A stretch of DNA of 64,000 nt from Narcine bancroftii (taxonomy: Eukaryota): positions 50,282,001-50,346,000 of the forward strand of contig NC_091474.1 in the NCBI RefSeq assembly GCF_036971445.1, written 5' to 3'. The notes below the pieces were generated by a model. The model was not told the DNA's origin, made no database searches, and saw only the letters and a program-made list of their open reading frames with translations. The translations under genes were made by a program, and so were the position numbers. Positions 25,514-38,250 of the stretch are shown piece by piece. Positions within the stretch are counted from its first letter, which is position 1. Every line of letters begins with the position of its first letter.

Positions 25514-26400
25514 CAGGTTGTACCTCTTTAATCTGGTGACATTAAGACCTGACCATTGCTGGACTACAAAAATTGCAGAAAACAGAAATTGACCCTTAAG
25601 GGAACCCTCATCTTGCCAGCTCATTCCACATAAATATTGTTGTGTTATCAAAGGTAGAACAAAGCTTAAAACAGGAAATAATCCAACCATTAATGCTTCT
25701 AAACAAGATTTTTATTGTTTCATTTAGTTTTAGATATACAGCACAGTAACAGGCCATCTTTGCAAATATTTACAGTCATAGTCTAGCTTTAGTTCTCTCA
25801 GAAAAACTTTGGGCAGATCAATAAGCATCTCCCCAGAAATGCCAACAGCTCAAACCACTTTATAAGTGCACTGTCTAATTCTGTACTCCTGGCACCTTTC
25901 AAAGTTTTCCAAATTTGTAAATTTTTCTGGCTTTCATTTTTAGCAAAACACTTAAAAATTGGTTTATTTTGTTTCTTTAGGTCATACACAGTTGACAATC
26001 TGATCCCACAGTACTTACACAAAGTCTTTACAGAGTTCCTTTATTTAATCTTTTCAGGTACTCCACCTTTTGAAGCATAGATAATGATTAACGCTTTCAT
26101 TTATTAATACTAACACCATCTTCTGCACCTCTTGGTCTCTTGGATGACATCCTGAAGGGCTAAAATACAGCTGAATATAAGAAATGAACAGGAGTGTATG
26201 CCCAAAACACTCAGTTGCAATGTAAACAGATTTTGGCGCGTTAGCTCTGCTAACAGCGCCACCCTGCTGCCCGATCCACAAATTAATGGTGGAAGATTCA
26301 CAGCGTGATGGACCATGGGAGTTGCCAGACCACAGAGCGCCAGCTTGGAGAGGGACAAAAAGACAGGGAGATGGGCAGAGTGTGTAAATCATTTAAAAAA
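25514..26400 (-). mobile_element. Tigger/pogo DNA transposon fragment (CENP-B/Jerky-type HTH)
   Basis: ORF 25798-26022 (GIRLSTVYDLKKQ..KTLKGARSTELDSALIKWF) matches the Tigger/Jerky N-terminal HTH pattern. TA followed by CAGGTTGTACCTC TIR at 25512-25526. The other end is not found. Confidence 0.75.
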
Positions 26401-26409
26401 ATGATTTAA

Positions 26410-26710
26410 AAAATCCTTAGCTGGAAGGGGCACAAGATCAGAAGTAGAATCCTTGTAGAGTTGAGAAACTGCAAGGGTAAAAAGACCCTGATGGGATTTA
26501 TATACTGGCCTCCAATAGCAGCCAGGAATATGGGGTGCACATTACAATAGGAGTGACAGAAGGCAAGTCAGAAAAGTAATGTTATGGTGGTCAAAGGTTG
26601 ACTTCAATATGCAGATAAACTGGGAAAATCAGGGTGGTGCTGGATTTCAAGAGAATAAATTTTATGGAATGCAGATGAGATGGCTTATTAGAACAGCTTC
26701 TGGCCGTACC
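26410..26710 (+). mobile_element. CR1 endonuclease fragment
   Basis: VELRNCKGKKTLMGFIYWPP and DFN remnants. Confidence 0.7.
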
Positions 26711-26804
26711 TATTTGATAAAGCTGAAGGGTCACCTGAACTGAATTTACTACACACCAGGGTTCAGAAAGAGATAGCTAAAGAGACTGCAAATGTATTAG
26801 TAGT

Positions 26805-28968
26805 GGAAAAAATTGGCAGCTCTGTTAGAGCTGCTGTAAGAGCAGTGAGGTTGCTGGTAAAGACACTGGAGAAAAGAGAGAAGAGACACAGCACTGACCT
26901 GAAGGGTTCAAAGGAGCAGTCCTAATGCCAGCAGCTCCGTATAGACAAAACAGCCTCTTAAAAGGGTTGACAGTGTTTGTAAATAACATCCTCCAACCGT
27001 TGCACCTGGCTCAAGAGCGGCCACAAGAGGTTGCAGACTCCGGGGAGCAGCACTGGTTGGCGCAGGGCACAAGACATGGGAAGGAGAAGCAGAGAAAACA
27101 ATCCTGCAGGGAAGGTGACCAAAGAAGTGGACCAGTGAGTGGCTCAGTGGCTGAAGGACCCTGAAGGACAGTGACCATCGAAGGCTGATGGACCTGCACA
27201 GACTGTGGGTGACTTGTAGTCCCAGGTTCCACATGGGCTGCAGGCTGTGGAGACTGGCTCATGGGAACCAGGTATCGGAGACGCATGCTGAAAGGAAGAA
27301 GGGCTCCCAAAGGGCCCTGGGCACTGAAGACTTTGGTTTTGAAAATTTTATTTATCATTTGCATCAATACGGAACATTAATTCAATGAAATATTAGCTTG
27401 CAACAAACATATGATACAATAAGATTTTTTCTATTTTCTCCCCAACCCCCCTTCTCCTACCCACAAAGAGAAAAGGAAAGATAGAAAGAAGGAAAGAGCA
27501 CCTAAATCTATATATTTAATATTATTGGCATATACTGTATTTATTGACTATTTTTCATAATTATTAACTGAGAGGAGTGAGTAAAGTGGAGGATGTGGAT
27601 GAACTTTTATTCACGAAATCCATATACGGCTGCCAAATTTTATAAAACTCTCAATTTGATTTCTTAGACTGCTTAAAACAGGAAATAATCCAACCATTAA
27701 TGCTTCTAAACAAGGTTTTTATTGTTTCATTTAGTTTTAGATATACAGTTTTGCATTTCAATATGCCATCTATCTACTTTTACATGATTCTCCGTTTTCC
27801 ACATTTTTGCTACACATTACTTTGATGTCACTATTGCTATACTCAAAAAAATTTCTTGATGTTTATCCAATTTCAATTTAGTATCTGCTTCATACATATT
27901 TCCAAGTAAAAATATTCTTGGATCTTTATCTTCATAATTTTTCCTAATAATACACTCAAATCCTTCCAGAATTCTTCGACTTTTACACTGGACCATACCG
28001 AATGTAAAAATCTCCCTATTTTCTTATTACACCGGAAACATTTATCCAAATAATTAGAATTAAGACCATTTAATTTACGTGAAGTATAATAAATTGATGA
28101 AGAAAATTATATTGAACCATTTGGTATCTAGCATTAACCATATTTGTAACACTCTCACGACACAATCTAGACCCATATTTCCTCTTGAATTTGTATATTT
28201 AAATCTTTTTCCCATCGTAATCTTGATTTATGTAAAAACTTTTTTTTCATAGTTTCTTGTAATTTTATATACATATTGGTTATAAGTTTCTTAATAATAT
28301 AAATATCTGTTATTATATATTCAAATCAACTTTGTTCCAGAAGTCTCAAATTTGCTCCCAATCTACTTTTTATTTGATTTTAATTGATAGTATGCAAAAT
28401 TATATTATTTTGTATGTTATATTTATCTTTTAAATGTTCAAAAAGACAAAAAAAATCTAAAAAAAAGTCTTTTATCCTCTGAATGCCTTCACTGTTCCAA
28501 TTATCAAATAAAGAATTAATCAAAGTGAAAGAAATAAGTTGATTTTGTTTTAACAACATTTTAGGTAATTGATAGTTATTGATTCCTCTCTCCACATTGA
28601 TCCCATTCCATATTTTCAATAAATGCTTTAAAATTGGTATTCCCTTTAAACAATTCACTATTCCATTTATACCAAATTTGCTTTGGGGGCGCTGAAGAGT
28701 TTGTGATCGTGTTGGAGGTTTTTGGATCAGGAGCTTGGATTGCTGATAAATCGAACAGGAGTCTGTGTAGCTGTAGAGGCTATATGATGACTGGATGTAA
28801 ACCCACAGACACTCAGAGTCTCTGAAAGTACTCCCATTTGATTCTCTTTCTCTCTTACTGTAACCCTATGGCATCTATTTGTCTTCCTTATGCAGGCAGA
28901 AGAAAATTTTATGCAATATTAAATGCTCTGAACTATCACATGACAATAAAGGAATCATGAATCTTGAT
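26805..28968 (+). mobile_element. Unclassified non-coding interspersed repeat (family X), split by an L1 fragment at ~27335-28680
   Basis: Shares blocks with 42160-42895, 44530-45425 and 56125-59690. Ends in TGACAATAAAGGAATCATGAATCTTGA. Confidence 0.65.
27335..28680 (-). mobile_element. L1/Tx1-clade LINE 3' portion, degraded
   Basis: Minus strand gives CFRCNKK..FLHSVW..VEEFWK (zinc knuckle), LLKIW and FDNWNSEGIQRIKD. Confidence 0.75.
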
Positions 28969-29019
28969 CTTTCTAGAATTGCTAGAGTTAGGAATGGTGC
29001 AAGATTGCAAATGTTACTT

Positions 29020-29655
29020 CACCCTATCCAAGGCAAACCCACACAAGGCAGCAGGACCAGACACATACCTCGTCAGGTACTAAAGGGCTGCGCAGACCAA
29101 TTGGCGTTGGTTTTCAACATCCCACGAGAGTAGTCCATTGTTTTCGCAGGGTTCAAGGCAGCCACAATCATCCCAGTACCCAAGAAGGTGACAATAACTG
29201 GCCTCAATGACAACCACTCTGTGGTTATGAAATGCTTTGAGCATCTGGTGATAGAGCGTATCAAAGCATACCTCCCAAAGACAATGGACCCATTTCAATT
29301 CACCTATAGAAGAAACCATCCCACAGAAAATGTTTAGCCTTGTCCCTTCACTCCATCCTGACCCACCTGGAGAACATCACCTCATATGCTAGGCTGCTGT
29401 TCACTGACTTCAGCTCGGCATATAAAATGATAATTCCCTAGAGGCTGGTGGAGAAGATATTCTCACTGGGACTAAACAACCTGCTCTTTAACTGCATTCT
29501 GGACTTCCTAACAGAAACACTGCAGTCTGTCTGGGTCAGTACCAGAACATCGAGCACCATCACGCTGAGATTCGGCGCATCTCAGGGCTATGTGCTCAGC
29601 CCACTCCTGTTCACGCTACTGACCTACAACTGCATCATCAGATCAAGTTCCAACA
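29020..29655 (+). mobile_element. Rex1/Babar RT fragment
   Basis: QVLKGCADQLA, FKAATIIPVPKK, MKCFE, DPFQF.YR, ILDFLTE, QGYVLSPLLFTL. Confidence 0.85.
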
Positions 29656-29739
29656 GATCGAATCCCAGTCCCAATTGCTGGCACTGTAATAGCATCGTGC
29701 TACCTGGCAGCTGACTAGCTGTGGCAAAGAATAGGAATA

Positions 29740-30800
29740 AAAAGAGATTTTTCTGCCTGGCTGCCGCTGACTAGTGGTGTTCTAAAGGAGTCTGTGTTGG
29801 TTCCACTATTTTTCACATTATATACAAATGATTCAAATAACAAAATTGATGGCTTTGTGGTCTAGATTGTATATGATACAAAGATAAGTGGAGGGGCAGT
29901 GTGGCATGGATTGCAGAGGGTCATGTGACCTCTCCACTTGGTATTTAGCGGGAATGTGGATTGTGAAAGGTCAAGTGAGCTCTCCAGCTGGAATCTAGTT
30001 GGAAGCCACCTCACCTGTCAATCAAGGGTTATATCTGCCCATCTGTCTACCTGTGAGGCTGACAGGTGACTGGTCCGAGCAGGTCACATGAACATTGAAG
30101 AGGAGCCTGCTCATTCTCTTTCACTGCTGCCTCTAGAGCATCAATGAAGTCCAGGCCACCGTCCACAAGCAGGCCGGTGGCCTGGCCATCTCAGATCCCA
30201 TGCCATGGTCAAAGCTAGAAACCAGATTCATTTGATATGCTTGCTAGATGCAATTAATTTACTGTTCATTAGTGTGCAGTGCCTGTGGTTGGATGGGAAT
30301 TATGTGTTTAACCTTTGTATCCTCAATCGGGAATTGAGAATGTTTAGCAGATTTATTTGCACCAATGTATAGTTACAGAATTTGTGTAGTATTCTGGGTT
30401 AGTCTGTGAGTGTGTGCCCTTTTGTGAGCTTGCCTCTGTGTAAATAAAGACCACTGTTGTTGATATTGCATGTCCAGCCTCAATTCCCTTTGAACCCATC
30501 AAACCTATTCTGAACACAGGTAGTGTTGAGAAAGTAAGGAGCGTGCAGAGAGACATCGACAGGTTGGGAAAAAGGGAAAAGAAGTGGCAGATGGAATAAA
30601 ACATGGGATGTGTATGGTCTTGTACTGTGGTAGAAGGAATATGTGGACCATATTCTAAACGGGGAAAAAAATTCAGAGAGTAGAAGTTGAAAGGGACTTG
30701 AGAATCCCAGTGAATGAACCCCTAAAGGTTAACTTACAGGATGAGCTGGTAGTAAAGAAGGCAAATGCAATGTTAGCAGTCATTTCAAGAGGACTAGAAT
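29740..30800 (+). mobile_element. CR1 RT fragment interrupted by a solo LTR
   Basis: TSGVLKESVLVPLFF and DTKISGG motifs before 29900; QRDIDRL..W.ME and KKANAML after 30517. Confidence 0.75.
29900..30516 (+). mobile_element. Solo LTR
   Basis: TG...CA bounded ~617-bp block that cleanly interrupts CR1, with CAG duplicated. AATAAA near the 3' end; U5-like block shared with 46439-47140. Confidence 0.7.
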
Positions 30801-31683
30801 ATGGTCTAATGTAAAATTCAATAAGATCATGGCTGATCTTTCAGCTCAGCGCCAATTTTCTACACTAAGAGTGTACATGGTCGTAAAAGCCAATTTGTAT
30901 TTTGAATAAAATCAATGGCTGAGCCTCCACAGCTTTCCAATTTTAGGAATTCTAAAGATTGCTACCACTGGTTGAAGAGATTCTTTTTTTTAATCTCTGA
31001 AATGGATGTCAATCCCTTAATCTGATTACATGATTCAAGGCACTCGAAGGAAACATCAACTCCACATCTCTCCATCAAGCCCTCTGGTACATTTCAATAA
31101 TATCACCTCTCACTAAATTCCAAATTCTCATGATAAACCCCAATCAGAAACCAATTTTGAAAACCTTTGCTTCCTATCACATGCATATACGTCTCGTAGC
31201 AAGACCAGATTTGTACACAAAATTCCAAAAGCAGTCTATTCCACCTTTCAATTTCTTACCATTTATAAACAATCGTAATCATCTGCTTTTTCTACCAAGG
31301 TGAATTACCTCACATTTTTCTAGATCGCGTTCCATCTGCCACATCCTTTTCATTTGCCTAACGTATCTACATACCTCCTAAAGTTTCTTTGTATCTTACT
31401 CAGAGCCCACACTAAGTAATGAGCTTTATAGCCTCAAACAAACATGTATATGCTACAATATTTGTTTAATTTTACTGTCATTTCTTATCTCCCCTGTCTC
31501 AGTCTCTAGGGCAAGGGTGGCCAATCTCGTTTCAGGTAAGAGCCACATGTGATAAACTTCAGATGTTTGAGAGCTGCAAGACATGAAAAAATGTGGCATG
31601 CACGTTTTTACTCTGACATGCACATTTTGTCACAAAACTTTTATATATATATTAATACATGTAATAATATTTATTCATGTATG

Positions 31684-32685
31684 AACTACTCTTTGCAGAC
31701 GATGCCGCTTTAGTTGCCCATTCAGAGCCAGCTCTTCAGCGCTTGACGTCCTGTTTTGCAGAAACTGCCAAAATGTTTGGCCTGGAAGTCAGCCTGAAGA
31801 AAACTGAGGTCCTCCATCAGCCAGCTCCCCACCATGACTACCAGCCCCCCCCCCACATCTCCATCGGGCACACAAAACTCAAAACGGTCAACCAGTTTAC
31901 CTATCCCGGCTGCACCATTTCATCGGATGCAAGGATCGACAACGAGATAGACAACAGACTCGCCAAGGCAAATAGCGCCTTTGGAAGACTACACAAAAGA
32001 GTCTGGAAAAACAACCAACTGAAAAACCTCACAAAGATTAGTGTATACAGAGCCGTTGTCATACCCACACTCCTGTTCGGCTCTGAATCATGGGTCCTTT
32101 ACCGGCATCACCTATGGCTCCTAGAACGCTTCCACCAGCGTTGTCTCCGCTCCATCCTCAACATTCGTTGGAGCGACTTCATCACCAACATCGAAGTACT
32201 TGAGATGGCAGAGGCCGACAGCATCAAATCCATGCTGCTGAAGATCAAACTGCGCTGGGTAGGTCACGTCTCCAGAATGGAGGACCATTGCCTTCCCAAG
32301 ATCGTGTTATATGGCGAGCTCTCCACTGGCCACCGAAACAGAGGTGCACCAAAGAAAAGGTACAAGGACTGCCTAAAGAAATCTCTTGGTGCCTGCTACA
32401 TTGACCACCGCCAGTGGGCTGATATCGCCTCAAACCGTGCATCTTGGCGCCTCACAGTTCAGCGGGCAGCAACCTCCTTTGAAGAAGACCGCAGAGCCCA
32501 CCTCACTGTCAAAAGACAAAGGAGGAAAAACCCAACACCCAACCCCAACCAAGCAATTTTCCTTGCAACCGCTGCAACCGTGTCTGCCTGTCCCGCATCG
32601 GACTTGTCAGCCACAAACGAGCCTGCAGCTGACGTGGATTTTATCCCTCCATAAATCTTCGTCCGCGAAGCCAAGCCAAAGAAAG
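31684..32685 (+). mobile_element. RTE-clade LINE, 5'-truncated
   Basis: ORF 31677-32654 (ELLFADD...). 18-bp direct repeat AATATTTATTCATGTATG at 31666-31683 and 32686-32703. Confidence 0.96.
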
Positions 32686-32946
32686 AATATTTATTCATGT
32701 ATGTAACTTCTAAACTGCTCATTTGTATTAGTTTCAACAATCAAAAAGTAAGATATACGTACTAAATATTTTCAAAATACTGACAAAGCATTCCATCTTG
32801 ACTGTGGTTCTTTGAAAGTCCAGCTGATAATGTTGTCAAGGCTGTATGAATGACCTCTGTCAGGTATTGATTTGTAAGAATTGCACGATGCTTTGACTTC
32901 ACAAACTTCATTACTGAGGAGAGTGATTCACTGGTTGAAGAGTTTG

Positions 32947-33199
32947 AGCAACACGGTTAGCGTAGTGGTTAGTGCAACACCTTTACAGCGCCAGTGATCA
33001 GGACCAGGTTCGAGTCGCCTGCTGTGTGTAAGGAGTTTGTATGTTCTCGCTGTTTCTACGTGGGTTTTCCCCAGGGGCTTCAGTTTTCTCCCACCATTCA
33101 AAATATACCAGGGGTGTAGGTTAATGGGGTGTAATTGGGCCGCACAGATGCATGGGCCGAAATGGCCTGTTACAATGCTGTATGTTTAAATTTAAATTT
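32947..33199 (+). mobile_element. V-SINE (HE1-like) inserted in the hAT element
   Basis: A box GGTTAGCGTAGTGG, B box GGTTCGAGTC, V-domain, tail ATGGGCCGAAATGGCCTGTTACAATGCTGTATG. Confidence 0.9.
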
Positions 33200-34507
33200 G
33201 GCAATAGAATGTGTGCTGAAAATTTAGATGAGTTACACACTGGTTTTCTTCATTTCAAGACATTTTATTTCTGGAACTTGCTTTCAGAACTCAATTGTAG
33301 ACTGGAATTTATGGATCATCTTTAGACCAGGTGCTCCTATTTTGTTCCATTTGTATATAATGTTCCATTTCCTAATCTGTTCCATTTCCATAGCAGATGA
33401 ATTTGTAATCAGAGGGCCGAGATTTGGACAACCATCATTGATCACATCAACCATGAATGGATTTGTAAGAAAGGTGAAGCAGCGTTTCAACTTCTGCAAT
33501 TCCTCAAATCTGGCTGGGAAATGATAAAGTATTCCTAGTATTCTTCCAATTTGTGGTCTTTTACTTACTCTCCTCTGGAGATTGGGAAAGTGACTGAAGT
33601 TTCTTGACAATATGTCGTTTTGAAAAACTTATTTTATTCTGAAAGGAGAAAATTGTCTAACCAACAAACCTATTCTTCCCTTGGAGTGCCAAGTTGCGAG
33701 TTTGTAGATGATTCATCATATCAGTAAGGAACATTAGAAGTTGAATCTATTCTTAATTTTCCAGTTCTTCAGAAAAATAACAATAGGCTTCAACAGATCC
33801 ATAGACCTACTCAAGACATTGCTGTTTGACAGCCACCTCACACTGCAGTGGAAAGAGACATCACTGGCTTTATCTTCAAACTCCAGTTCTTCAATAAACT
33901 TTTTGAACTATAGGTGGGTCTTCCCATATAAGTATATGAAATTGACAATTACAAGGACAGAGTTCATAACATCATTCTTGAAGTATCTGGCTGCCAGGTG
34001 CTTGCAATGAATAATGCAATGAACAGGAAGAAATGCCAGAAAGTTAGGATCACTTTTCATGAATGCAATTAATCCTACTTTTTTTTCCCCACCATTGCAG
34101 GTGCTCCATCTGTTACAACACTGACATCAGCATTTGTTAAGGCACTTTTTCAAGCACATTTTTAATGTTAACATCACAAGTTGTTTCTTTTAGTCCAACA
34201 ACACTTCTTTCAGAGTTACATCAGAGAAAGCATAACAAATACCACCAGTTGTAGGTTGTCTTGTATGTCTGCAGATTTGTTAAGATGAATACAAGTGAAT
34301 GCTTTAAATCAGTTTGCATTTTGCCTGCAACTTCAGCAGTGATCTTGGACATACAACTCTGTAGTGTGGCGTGAATCTGGTGTTTGTGCTATTAGACACT
34401 GAGATTTTGAGTTATTTGGATCGAATACTGCAATAACTTCAGGTATATTCTTCAAATTAGCCATCAGAATACAGCATGGGGATTTAGCACAAACATATTC
34501 CACATAA

Positions 34508-35436
34508 TCTTCTTTTTCTTTGGCTTGGCTTCGCGGACGAAGATTTATGGAGGGGGTAAATGTCCACGTCAGCTGCAGGCTCGTTTGTGGCTGACAAGTC
34601 CGATGCAGGACAGGCAGACACGGTTGCAGCGGTTGCAGGGGAAAATTGGTTGGTTGGGGTTGGGTGTTGGGTTTTTCCTCCTTTGCCTTTTGTCAGTGAG
34701 GTGGGCTCTGCGGTCTTCTTCAAAGGAGGTTGCTGCCTGCCAAACTGTGAGGCGCCAAGATGCACGGTTTGAGGCGATATCAGCCCACTGGCGGTGGTCA
34801 ATGTGGCAGGCACCAAGAGATTTTTTTGGCAGTCCTTGTACCTTTTCTTTGGTGCACCTCTGTCACGGTGGCCAGTGGAGAACTCGCCATAAAACACGAT
34901 CTTGGGAAGGCGATGGTCCTCCATTCTGGAGACGTGACCCACCCAGCGCAGCTGGATCTTCAGCAGCGTGGACTCGATGCTGTCGACCTCTGCCATCTCA
35001 AGTACTTCGACATTAGGGATGAAAGAGCTCCAATGAATGTTGAGGATGGAGCGGAGACAACGCTGGTGGAAGCGTTCTAGGAGCCATAGGTGATGCCGGT
35101 AGAGGACCCATGATTCGGAGCCGAACAGGAGTGTGGGTATGACAACGGCTCTGTATACGCTTATCTTTGTGAGGTTTTTCAGTTGGTTGTTTTTCCAGAC
35201 TCTGTGTAGTCTTCCAAAGGCGCTATTTGCCTTAGCGAGTCTGTTGTCTATCTCGTTGACGATCCTTGCATCTGATGAAATGGTGCAGCCGAGATAGGTA
35301 AACTGGTTGACCGTTTTGAGTTTTGTGTGCCCGATGGAGATGTGGGGGGGGGGCTGGTAGTCATGGTGGGGAGCTGGCTGATGGAGGACCTCAGTTTTCT
35401 TCAGGCTGACTTCCAGGCCAAATATTTTGGCAGTTT
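34508..35436 (-). mobile_element. RTE-clade LINE, 5'-truncated, frameshifted
   Basis: Clearly homologous to the other RTE copies; same 3' end. Confidence 0.95.
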
Positions 35437-35659
35437 ATAAAACTAAGGTCAGTCGATATATCGGTTTCCTTACTTGAACACTGTCAACATTGTCTGCTGG
35501 TTATTTAGTGATGATGTTAACACAGTTAACTTGTTTTTCAATAATTCTGAGTTAGGTTGATAATAAGACAAAAAGATTTTGCATTTGTTTTGTAGTGCCA
35601 ATTCAAGTTACTGGCTTTGTGATGACTCAGTGATGTCATACATATAAGACACACAGATG

Positions 35660-36431
35660 TGCGGCAACTGGAGGGATTGGTTGCGCAGATTTGTATTTCC
35701 TTGCTGTGTTTTTCAGCGAGCCATAGTATGTCTGCTTCCACCACTACAGCCCTTCGTCTTCAAATTAACATTTGGATTATAAGAGCCTAATATCATCTGG
35801 CATTCGCTCCAAAAAGAGCAGCACGAATAACATATTGGGTCTTTTGCCAGCTGCCAGGAACAGCATTTCATCCATTAGTTATGAAGCGGCACGGTCTCCC
35901 AACCCATCGAAATGTAGTAGTTTGCCTGCCCTTTCCCTATGGGTCATACCATATACATATAATATTAAGTGCTTTTAAAGCATCATACTTGCTGGTATGT
36001 GGTCGATCACGAATGAAGTTGCCGACCCTCTTAGCGACGGCCTGGTCCAGGGCACTGACAAGATGGTAATAACGATTGATGTCCAATTCGACTTTGCGAA
36101 GGTGAAATTGTGGTTCAGCCTGTTGAAACCATGGTTCAAGCTCAGCCATCCAGAAAGGTGGTAGCTTCACAGTAACAGCTACAGAGTCCATGTTTGTTCA
36201 AAAATACATTTTTGGACTTGTCGGGGTCACCAATTGTGGCCAGTGGAATCACAGTGGACAAGACGAAATAACCACACGTTGCATTTCTAGAGTGAATCAT
36301 ATGGATTTACTCTTCATCACCTGCGCAACCTTTTAAAATACAGAATCACACGCTCGATACACGCTGACGTCATCATGCACTGATGACACATGGCCGGTTC
36401 AATACCTCCTGGAAGTTGTAGCACCACTACA
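35660..36431 (-). mobile_element. Truncated Gypsy element (5' LTR, tRNA-Trp PBS, gag)
   Basis: LTR 36235-36431 (TG...CA); PBS TGGTGACCCCGAC at 36220-36232. Gag MDSVAVTVKLPPFW..WFQQAE..HFDGLGDR is homologous to the gag at 6990-7555. Confidence 0.88.
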
Positions 36432-37069
36432 CGTGGTGAATGCAAAATCTTCCTCCCACTCTGACATAAAATTTCTCTTTTCATCTTCATACTTTTGCTT
36501 CTTACAATTTGATGATGGCATCTTGCTTCACAAAATTTTCACAGACACTTAAAACAATAAGCTCCAACATGCGGAATGCAACCAAACTCTACAGCAGCCC
36601 AGTGTCACACTACCATGCTGCTAATTTCACGGCCCACAACACAGCCACACACGCCACAATCATGCGATTGCAAGCCATGCCCATTAAAACAACCATTGTG
36701 AGCACCAGCTCATATGATTCCTGTCTCAGCCAACATGTTTCTGTGAGCCGCACATTATGTGGCAAAGCGCCACAGCTTGGCCATCCCTTCTCTAGGGGAA
36801 TCACATTTTAAGGATTCTGAACAGCATCTATCTGAGGCAAGGCGCCATAGAAACCCAACAGGTCTACAGCCAGGAACTCCTGGTCAGAGGTGTTTATAAG
36901 ATATTAATGAAGCTTTTTCATATAAATTGCTTTGGGGAATCTGAAATGCTGGCAAATTCCACTGCTCACTCTGTCTGCTCCTCGGGGTTGAAAGAAACAT
37001 AGAAATTTTCCCTCCTTAATCACCCTAAAGCTGCAAACTGAGATTAACAGGGTTCATCACCGCCAGAAC

Positions 37070-37900
37070 TAAAACACAAAAATCTGCAGACACTATGGTT
37101 GAGTTAAAAACACAATGCTGGAGAAATTCAGCAGGTACTTTATATAGCAAAGATAAAGATACATAGTTCAACAAATGGGTTTAATTTGGTTGCATAGAAC
37201 ATTTCAATTAAATGTTTTTGAAGTATTATAAGCAATTATTGATGTATTATCTACATGTTTTCCTCATTGTTTTTTTTGTGTGTATGGGTTACTTGTATAA
37301 AAATGAATCATGTAATTGTCAATTCTGTATTTAGGCTTATTTGTTAAACTCAATAAAATATTTTAAAAAGAAAAAAGATACATAACCAATGTTTCATGCT
37401 TGAGCCCTTTATGGGAAAATGGAAAAAAAAATGTCAGTAGGCAGACAAACAAAAAGGTTTGGCGGAGGAGGGGGTAGGGAGAGGAGCACGGTCCCAAACG
37501 CAGGAGGTAATAAGTGAATAAGGAAGTGAGGGAACAGCAGCAAGCAGGGGGAGGAGGGATGGCTTTGTGAATGGTGAGGGAAAGGGGTGGTGAGCTAAAG
37601 GAAAGAAAACAAGTGGGCAAGGAAGGGAGGGAGAAGGGGGAGTAGACAGCAGAAACTGGAGGTCAATGTTAATGCCATCCAGTTGGAGAATGCCCAGATG
37701 GGAAATCAGGTATTACTCCTCAATAGGTGGTCTTGGTGGGGTAGTACATGAGACCATGGACAGATATGTGAGTATGGGAGTGGGACATAGAATTGAAATG
37801 GTTGCCCACTGGGAGATCTCTTGTCACTGATACGGACAGAGCGAATGGGCTGAGAAGCAATCTCCCAGTCTGCGCCCAGTCTCTCCGATATGGAGAAGAC
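37070..37900 (-). mobile_element. Penelope 3' fragment and pLTR, with a ~208-bp A-tailed insertion (37166-37373)
   Basis: DLPVGNHFNSMSHSHTHISVHGLMY matches the GIY-YIG tail in ORF 1082-1750. The insertion is flanked by an AAAGATACATA duplication and ends in AATAAA plus an A-rich tail. Confidence 0.8.
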
Positions 37901-38169
37901 CCTGCAAGCATAGATCCTGAGGAGAGAATGCTGAGAATGACCATGATTTTAAATGAAAATCAAAAACCTACACCTTCTGGAAAACTGAAATCAAAACAGA
38001 ACACAGTAGAAACAGTCAACAGAATAGGCAGGCATCTACAGAAAAGAAACAAAAGTTCTGATGGTGTTCAACTTGAAATATTAACTATGTTTATCATTTC
38101 ACAGATAATACCTGACCCTCTGAGTCCTTTCAGCATTTTCAGTTCTTGTATTTGTAATCTTTCATGGTA

Positions 38170-38250
38170 ATGAATTGAGTTGAATTGAATATTTATTTAT
38201 ATAGCACATTTTAAACACAATGCAATGTTGCTCCAAAGTGCTGTACATCA
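38170..38250 (-). mobile_element. L2-type LINE/SINE 3' tail
   Basis: Minus strand TGTACAGCACTTTGG...GTGCTATATAAATAAA followed by short repeats. Confidence 0.5.

Larger units (their letters stand above)
31512..36789 (-). mobile_element. hAT (Charlie/GTF2IRD2-like) DNA transposon, both ends present, decayed transposase, four nested insertions
   Basis: TIRs CAAGGGTGGCCAA and TTGGCCATCCCTT. Perfect 8-bp TSD CTCTAGGG (31504-31511, 36790-36797). Transposase pieces from ATG 36521: MPSSNCKKQKYE..FMSEWEEDFAF, VCLIC..KASNLNWHY, YSDG, SRHTT, SADIQDNLQL, RFEEL..FLTNPF. Confidence 0.92.

Noticed and set aside
35538-35744. Small zinc-finger-like ORF (CLIC..H)
   Set aside because: It is a junction between Gypsy gag and the hAT transposase N-terminal finger, not a host gene.
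34360-35748. Apparent solo LTR bounded by TGTAGTG...CACTACA
   Set aside because: The left end translates as hAT transposase (SRHTT) and the right end lies inside Gypsy gag, so the termini are coincidental.
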